Shown here piece after piece: positions 59,442 to 64,000 of a stretch of 64,000 bases of DNA. This DNA is from a virus (lineage: Duplodnaviria; Heunggongvirae; Uroviricota; Caudoviricetes). The notes beneath the pieces were generated by a model. That model did no database searches. It was not told the origin of the DNA and saw nothing but the letters and a program-made list of their open reading frames with translations. Position numbers and translations under genes: made by a program. The stretch's first letter is position 1. Every line of letters begins with the position of its first letter. The stretch lies in IMG/VR virus record IMGVR_UViG_2541047596_000003. One strand, given 5' to 3'.

Positions 59442-59457
59442 TGTGATACAGATCACA
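59442..59457. promoter_or_regulatory. perfect CRP-type palindrome TGTGATACAGATCACA
   Basis: TGTGA-N6-TCACA in the 98-bp gap between early genes; adjacent AAATGGCA/TGCCATTT inverted repeat at 59404-59433. Confidence 0.4.
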
Positions 59458-59458
59458 T

Positions 59459-59683
59459 TTACGTTTCTTCCGTAAAAGTAACCTTCATCGCCCCATCCGA
59501 ACTACGGACAACATAACGACCAATACCGCCTAGCGGCCCTGCATACCATAAGTGACCGTAAGTGTCAGTCACGACGATAAACGGAAATTTAGGAGACAAT
59601 CCCATCGGTTTTTCAGCCGTATACTGTGCGCCTTCTTCAAAACAGCCTAATTTCGATTCGTTACACGTTAAAATCATTTTCAT
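59459..59683 (-). CDS. small early protein, paralogue family member D
   Basis: 74 aa; shares F-E-E-G..Y...TD...W motif with the three upstream ORFs. Confidence 0.45.
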   Translation of the reverse strand: MKMILTCNESKLGCFEEGAQYTAEKPMGLSPKFPFIVVTDTYGHLWYAGPLGGIGRYVVRSSDGAMKVTFTEET

Positions 59684-59919
59684 ACCCCTACATACGAAAA
59701 CGCAGCAAAAGCACCACCACCAGCACGCGCATAAACAAGTGCCGTGCCATACCCCATCTTATAAAATCGCCATAACTGACCCTGGTCGTCAGTAATGGCA
59801 TGAATATATTCCTGATCCTTTGCGTCAACCAATGCCGCGCCAACCTCGTAGATCTTGCCATTCTTAAAAAACGCGCTGCATCGTGAGTATGTGCACTGGT
59901 ATCTATGTTTCCGATTCAT
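59680..59919 (-). CDS. small early protein, paralogue family member C
   Basis: 79 aa ...FFKNGKIYEVG...ITDDQGQLWRFY... Confidence 0.45.
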   Translation of the reverse strand: MNRKHRYQCTYSRCSAFFKNGKIYEVGAALVDAKDQEYIHAITDDQGQLWRFYKMGYGTALVYARAGGGAFAAFSYVGV

Positions 59920-59929
59920 AGCACCTCAC

Positions 59930-60187
59930 TTATTCCGGTTTACTGCCTTCGCGGGCGCAAAACTCCGCGATCTCACGGAAATCATGCACTATGCGATAAA
60001 TATACAAACCAGCGGCGTTATTGATATAGCTAACATAAGCGAAATAAACTTTATCATCATCGCCAGTTATCGCCATTGCACCATCACCGCCCGGTGCGCC
60101 GTGAAGTTGAACGCCGCAATAGATCTTCCCTTCTTCAAATATATTGCGGTCGCGCGTCTGTATTAGCTCAAAATATAAATGTTTCAT
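59930..60187 (-). CDS. small early protein, paralogue family member B
   Basis: 85 aa ...FEEGKIYCGV...ITGDDDKVYFAY... Confidence 0.45.
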   Translation of the reverse strand: MKHLYFELIQTRDRNIFEEGKIYCGVQLHGAPGGDGAMAITGDDDKVYFAYVSYINNAAGLYIYRIVHDFREIAEFCAREGSKPE

Positions 60188-60196
60188 GCTTAACCC

Positions 60197-60412
60197 TCAC
60201 CACTTAACAAAACGCGCCATTACGCGATTATCAAAACTACCCTTAACAACCCCTTTCGCATGATCGCCGTAAAATTGCCACGCATCGCCGTCATTATCTT
60301 TTACATAATGAATACCGCCCGCGCCGCGCTTGCACCCGTTAAGAAGGTCAACGCTATATAATTCCCCAACAGTAAAGCACACAGTGTCAGAATAAACGCA
60401 CCTTGCAAACAT
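60197..60412 (-). CDS. small early protein, paralogue family member A
   Basis: 71 aa ...FTVGELYSVD...VKDNDGDAWQFY... Confidence 0.45.
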   Translation of the reverse strand: MFARCVYSDTVCFTVGELYSVDLLNGCKRGAGGIHYVKDNDGDAWQFYGDHAKGVVKGSFDNRVMARFVKW

Positions 60413-60414
60413 AA

Positions 60415-60666
60415 TCAGAAAACCCCTTTATAATCGACCGTGTATTTTACCACCAATTTCCACTCGCTATAGTTTTCCATGTCGCGCGGCTGCCAGCCTT
60501 TCATGCCTACAGCACTACGCGCAGCGTGGCGGCGATAATCGTCATTAAGATCGGCAATGCACCACGGTTGAAGGAAGAACATATAATTCGCTTCGTTAAC
60601 CAGAATAGCCATCATCCGTCCAGTGGCCTTATCTTTCGCCCTGAAATAACTTACCTTGATTTTCAT
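60415..60666 (-). CDS. hypothetical early-region protein
   Basis: 83 aa ORF. Confidence 0.4.
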   Translation of the reverse strand: MKIKVSYFRAKDKATGRMMAILVNEANYMFFLQPWCIADLNDDYRRHAARSAVGMKGWQPRDMENYSEWKLVVKYTVDYKGVF

Positions 60667-60878
60667 TTTAATACCTCGTCGATCAGCATTTCTTCTTCCA
60701 GGTTAGCCGGACGTTTACGGAATATCCCGGCAAAAACCAGGTCATCAAGTAGGTCTTTGCGTTTAAATAGCCACTCTTTCATTATTACCCCGTCATCGCT
60801 GCGATATACGACGCCGTTTTTCAAAAAATAAAAAGTGCGGGTATTTGTTTGAAGGTATAAATCTTCGTAGACGTCCAT
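60663..60878 (-). CDS. hypothetical early-region protein
   Basis: 71 aa ORF, ATGA coupling. Confidence 0.4.
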   Translation of the reverse strand: MDVYEDLYLQTNTRTFYFLKNGVVYRSDDGVIMKEWLFKRKDLLDDLVFAGIFRKRPANLEEEMLIDEVLK

Positions 60879-60882
60879 GATA

Positions 60883-61110
60883 TTAACCCTCGACTACTTG
60901 CAAGCCGCGCCCCTTATCGCCTACGAAGTCGCCCAGGCTAAACGTATATGACCACGCCGGGTTAATGTAGTAATCATCAGCACCGTGAGCGATAAGGTCT
61001 TTACCCAAAATGACGCAGGTCACATCATCAGAATGAACAACGTCTACCGTTTCCCCTACCACGCGTTTTAATGATGGGTAGCCGTGATCGTGCAAGAATT
61101 TAACTTTCAT
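60883..61110 (-). CDS. hypothetical early-region protein
   Basis: 75 aa ORF. Confidence 0.4.
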   Translation of the reverse strand: MKVKFLHDHGYPSLKRVVGETVDVVHSDDVTCVILGKDLIAHGADDYYINPAWSYTFSLGDFVGDKGRGLQVVEG

Positions 61111-61394
61111 ATTTCTTTCCCTTTATAAGTAACAGCATCAGCGATCAACAATACCGCCAGCAATTCACCGTCATGTAACGGGTCTGGAATAGCAAAAAAT
61201 ATGTCGCTGTTTTTGTCCGGCACTACTACGCGCATATTTCCCTGTTTGTCTTCATGCACGAACCACGGCTTTTCGTGTGGCTCAAACATGCCGAAAAGTA
61301 ATTTAAGATCTATTTCTTCACCCTTCGTGAATAACGACACATCAGTTGTAGTGATAACTAACGCTTTCTGATCTGCTGTTTTCTTCGCTCTCAT
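61107..61394 (-). CDS. hypothetical early-region protein
   Basis: 95 aa ORF, ATGA coupling. Confidence 0.4.
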   Translation of the reverse strand: MRAKKTADQKALVITTTDVSLFTKGEEIDLKLLFGMFEPHEKPWFVHEDKQGNMRVVVPDKNSDIFFAIPDPLHDGELLAVLLIADAVTYKGKEI

Positions 61395-61624
61395 TCCTCT
61401 GTCTCCCAGCGGTCTATGCTGATTAAAAAGTCCCGGATAGCGTGTCGCTCGTCGCGCGTCGGTTTACGCTTCCGGTAAATTTTGAAATCGAACCATTCTT
61501 TTTCTTGTTCGAAGTCCAGATCGTAAGCAAGCGCCTCGATATATCCGCAGTCGTGATACTGGTAAGCCACGCCAGCACGAACAAAAAAGCGGGTTTTATC
61601 CCGCTTGTGTTCATAGATACGCAT
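61391..61624 (-). CDS. hypothetical early-region protein
   Basis: 77 aa ORF. Confidence 0.4.
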   Translation of the reverse strand: MRIYEHKRDKTRFFVRAGVAYQYHDCGYIEALAYDLDFEQEKEWFDFKIYRKRKPTRDERHAIRDFLISIDRWETEE

Positions 61625-61634
61625 ATTTGCCCCA

Positions 61635-61865
61635 CTATGCAGTCGTGTAACTATCTACCAGCTTTTCATCCTTCATTCTGGCAAGCTGGGAGATATTCAT
61701 CGTGTAGCCTTCATCAGAGAAAAGCCACTCCGCAGCCTTGCGACGAAAAGCTATATCATCATGGTTGCGCGTCCATGTAGCGATCACCACGCGCTTTCCA
61801 TCAGTGGCAAACATGGTTAATTCGTTATCAACAACGTCGATAGCCTGCCAGATTTTTAGTTCCAT
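61635..61865 (-). CDS. hypothetical early-region protein
   Basis: 76 aa ORF. Confidence 0.4.
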   Translation of the reverse strand: MELKIWQAIDVVDNELTMFATDGKRVVIATWTRNHDDIAFRRKAAEWLFSDEGYTMNISQLARMKDEKLVDSYTTA

Positions 61866-62221
61866 GATTTATCACCGTAGATCTTGAATAGTTCACACGC
61901 TTTCTGATCTTCAAATATATTCATATGCAGGTCACGCAGACGGCGCATTGTTCGGAATCGCGGTCTAAACTCCTGGCTCCGTTTAATGTATTTGCCGCCA
62001 ATTGAATAAATATGCCCGTATGAATACCATCTATTCCCTACCCATATTTCATATTCTTTGCCTTCGTAATTGAATTTTATCGTTAGCTCGTCCACTTCAA
62101 CTATTAACCCTTTATCAATGATGCCATTAAGCATTTCGTCCCATTCTTTCAGGAATGGATGCTGATAAAAACCGAAAAGCGTATTTGCAGCGTGGCAAAG
62201 GTAATCAATGATTATTTGCAT
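61856..62221 (-). CDS. hypothetical early-region protein
   Basis: 121 aa ORF. Confidence 0.45.
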   Translation of the reverse strand: MQIIIDYLCHAANTLFGFYQHPFLKEWDEMLNGIIDKGLIVEVDELTIKFNYEGKEYEIWVGNRWYSYGHIYSIGGKYIKRSQEFRPRFRTMRRLRDLHMNIFEDQKACELFKIYGDKSWN

Positions 62222-62441
62222 ATTCCCACCTTCTCAATATGTAGTAAATGTTATCGTAAGCTATATTATCCGCATCTTCCTGTGTTATATGTCTGGCATC
62301 AAAAAAGAAATCAGCGTCGTGCCATACATGAAAAAGAAGTCGCGCGAATTGTCTGCGGCGGCGCTTACTGCGTGATAGTTCGTTAAATTCTATTAACGCT
62401 TTATCATATGCTCTTATCATGCGCTTACGGTTACTTTTCAT
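62205..62441 (-). CDS. small basic early protein, tandem paralogue 2
   Basis: 78 aa MKSNRKRMIRAYDKALIEFNEL..., paralogous to 62446-62646. Confidence 0.45.
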   Translation of the reverse strand: MKSNRKRMIRAYDKALIEFNELSRSKRRRRQFARLLFHVWHDADFFFDARHITQEDADNIAYDNIYYILRRWEYANNH

Positions 62442-62445
62442 ATTG

Positions 62446-62646
62446 TCACCACATCATATAGTAAACGTTATCATCTGCTAATTCGTCTGCGTCTCTTTGG
62501 CAGTCGATTGTCGCATCATCTTCGTGCCATTCTTTAGCAAATAAACGCGCCCATTTACGACGCTCACGTTTATTGTGCCGCAGGTCACTAAAAACCATTA
62601 AAGCCTTGTCGTAAGCTCTTACCAGGCGTTTCATTCTACTTTTCAT
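62446..62646 (-). CDS. small basic early protein, tandem paralogue 1
   Basis: 66 aa MKSRMKRLVRAYDKALMVFSDL... Confidence 0.45.
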   Translation of the reverse strand: MKSRMKRLVRAYDKALMVFSDLRHNKRERRKWARLFAKEWHEDDATIDCQRDADELADDNVYYMMW

Positions 62647-62852
62647 TTTTCACCCTTCCTTAATTCCTTAATTTCAATATTGCGTAACCGGACGTCGCAC
62701 GGCGTTTCAGATTTACCAGTAAGCGCCAGCGTCAGGTTTTCAGGTGTCGTGTAAAGAATTATCTCTTTACCAGTGCTAAATTTAATTTCTATGCGGATCT
62801 CGTTTTCATCACCGCACAATACGCGGCTAATTGACAGGCCAGCTTTTTTCAT
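62643..62852 (-). CDS. hypothetical early-region protein
   Basis: 69 aa ORF. Confidence 0.4.
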   Translation of the reverse strand: MKKAGLSISRVLCGDENEIRIEIKFSTGKEIILYTTPENLTLALTGKSETPCDVRLRNIEIKELRKGEK

Positions 62853-62865
62853 TGCTCAACAAACC

Positions 62866-63165
62866 TTAAAATCTGTATTGCCAGTAAATATCACACTTTA
62901 TTGCAAATACCTTCACCGGATCAGGGCCGAATAGTGGATGTTGAATCAACTTGATTTCGTACCCCATGTAAGGCAATACGATAATCCGGTCTTTCTCATC
63001 ATCCGATGGATAACCCCATTTAATGATTAATCTTGTGTACTCCCGCCCCTCCAGGCGTTTACGCCAGTATTCATTGTAAAGCCGGTATTCTTCCACCTTC
63101 TTTCCCGCCCGGATGGCGTGGAAGTATTCACCTTTTAAATTCAAATGTAAGTGTTTATTTGCCAT
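62866..63165 (-). CDS. possible ASCH/DUF3850-like protein
   Basis: 99 aa; ...LKGEYFHAIRAGKKVEEYRL... resembles the ASCH-like N-terminal motif; weak. Confidence 0.35.
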   Translation of the reverse strand: MANKHLHLNLKGEYFHAIRAGKKVEEYRLYNEYWRKRLEGREYTRLIIKWGYPSDDEKDRIIVLPYMGYEIKLIQHPLFGPDPVKVFAIKCDIYWQYRF

Positions 63166-63424
63166 CGCTATGATCCTGTAAACAGTCGTTATAGCCTTCG
63201 ATGTATCCGGTTAATCCTGTGTTACTTACTGACCAATCAGCCGAACGGCGCTTGATGGCCTTGTCCATAGTCATCTCGTCACCTGGCCCGCCTGGCTCGA
63301 TGTATTTTCTTAAATCCCTTACTATCCACGCCCTTAATTGTTGCGTATCACTGCACACACGCGCCGTTAATGTCAGATTATTAACCAGCTTTGCGAATAG
63401 ATGTTCTTTTAATTTAGGCTTCAT
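63155..63424 (-). CDS. hypothetical early-region protein
   Basis: 89 aa ORF. Confidence 0.4.
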   Translation of the reverse strand: MKPKLKEHLFAKLVNNLTLTARVCSDTQQLRAWIVRDLRKYIEPGGPGDEMTMDKAIKRRSADWSVSNTGLTGYIEGYNDCLQDHSDGK

Positions 63425-63614
63425 CCTTCACCTCGCGACGATAGATTTCTACTGGCTTAACCGGAATAGCGTTAAAATCCCCTTCATCCAGTGCGGCAAT
63501 AAACGTTAGCGCCAACCGTGCTTCAACACCGCTTAAATACTTGCACCATGCCTCACCGTTATAATCTTCAAAAAGAATAATCACTTTTTTCATGTTTATC
63601 TCTTGTTGTTTCAT
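63414..63614 (-). CDS. hypothetical early-region protein
   Basis: 66 aa ORF. Confidence 0.4.
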   Translation of the reverse strand: MKQQEINMKKVIILFEDYNGEAWCKYLSGVEARLALTFIAALDEGDFNAIPVKPVEIYRREVKDEA

Positions 63615-64000
63615 TATTCACCCCGTGTCACTCGTTTAATTTCGTTATCAGCCCGCGCCTCTTCTTTGAACAATTCAGTAATGGCGTCTTCATAGAAAGC
63701 ACGGTATTTCTTCCACCACGTTGATCGGCTTACCGGAAATACAAGCTGATTAACCGCACGCCGGACAAGATCTACAGGGAAACGCGAGTACCCGCGCCCG
63801 CCGCAGTGCTGGCACGTTTTGAATACTGGCATTTCCGCCGCTTCGCTGGCTGCTTTATCCGGTACTTCGCCACGCCCCTTGCACCTCTGGCAATGGTTTT
63901 TAACGTAGCCTTTGCCGTTGCACCGCGAGCAAACTGTCGATGTGTATTCACAATATGGATTCGGTAAAAGCCCGTTACCTCCGCACTTAGGGCAAACCTT
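63614..64000 (-). CDS. DnaJ-type zinc-finger (CxxCxGxG x4) protein, 5' end outside window
   Basis: Frame is open from the window edge down through the track ORF 63614-63832; four motifs CPKCGGNG, CSRCNGKG, CQRCKGRG, CQHCGGRG. Confidence 0.55.
   Translation of the reverse strand, partial: KVCPKCGGNGLLPNPYCEYTSTVCSRCNGKGYVKNHCQRCKGRGEVPDKAASEAAEMPVFKTCQHCGGRGYSRFPVDLVRRAVNQLVFPVSRSTWWKKYRAFYEDAITELFKEEARADNEIKRVTRGE

Larger units (their letters stand above)
28540..64000. mobile_element. second lambdoid siphovirus-type prophage (tail-fibre end beside zntB; early region runs off window)
   Basis: Minus-strand order terS-terL-portal-head-tail-H-M-L-K-I-J-stf, preceded by lysis cassette and small early genes. 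Confidence 0.8.

Overview
The window is an Escherichia-type chromosomal segment carrying two lambdoid prophages on either side of three host genes. (1) 1..~24230 is a Rac-type prophage, seen from its tail-fibre/invertase remnant through trkG, the lysis cassette, a Q-like gene, replication genes, the immunity region and sieB-kilR-racC-recE-recT-ralR-xis-int, ending beside ttcA as Rac does in K-12. It carries modules not found in K-12 Rac as I recall it: a low-GC 455-aa HEPN-like gene bracketed by 12-bp direct repeats, a yeaR-like gene with its own operator-like palindrome, and two tandem lipoproteins whose C-termini resemble TolA domain III. (2) 24244..28142 is host backbone: ttcA, a REP/BIME repeat, dbpA and zntB. 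(3) ~28540..64000 is a second siphovirus-type prophage in the order tail fibre, J, I, K, L, M, tape measure, tail and head genes, portal, terminase, lysis cassette, then at least 27 small co-oriented early genes running off the window. Its tail operon is interrupted at four places by antisense cassettes, each with a sigma70-like promoter and a hairpin terminator. Between the lysis cassette and terminase sits an array of seven 20-36 codon hydrophobic peptide ORFs next to an HExxH protein. The strongest candidates for an undescribed system are the HEPN-like cassette, the TolA-mimic lipoprotein pair and the micro-peptide array. All calls rest on reading the sequence and recalled family knowledge; no searches were run.
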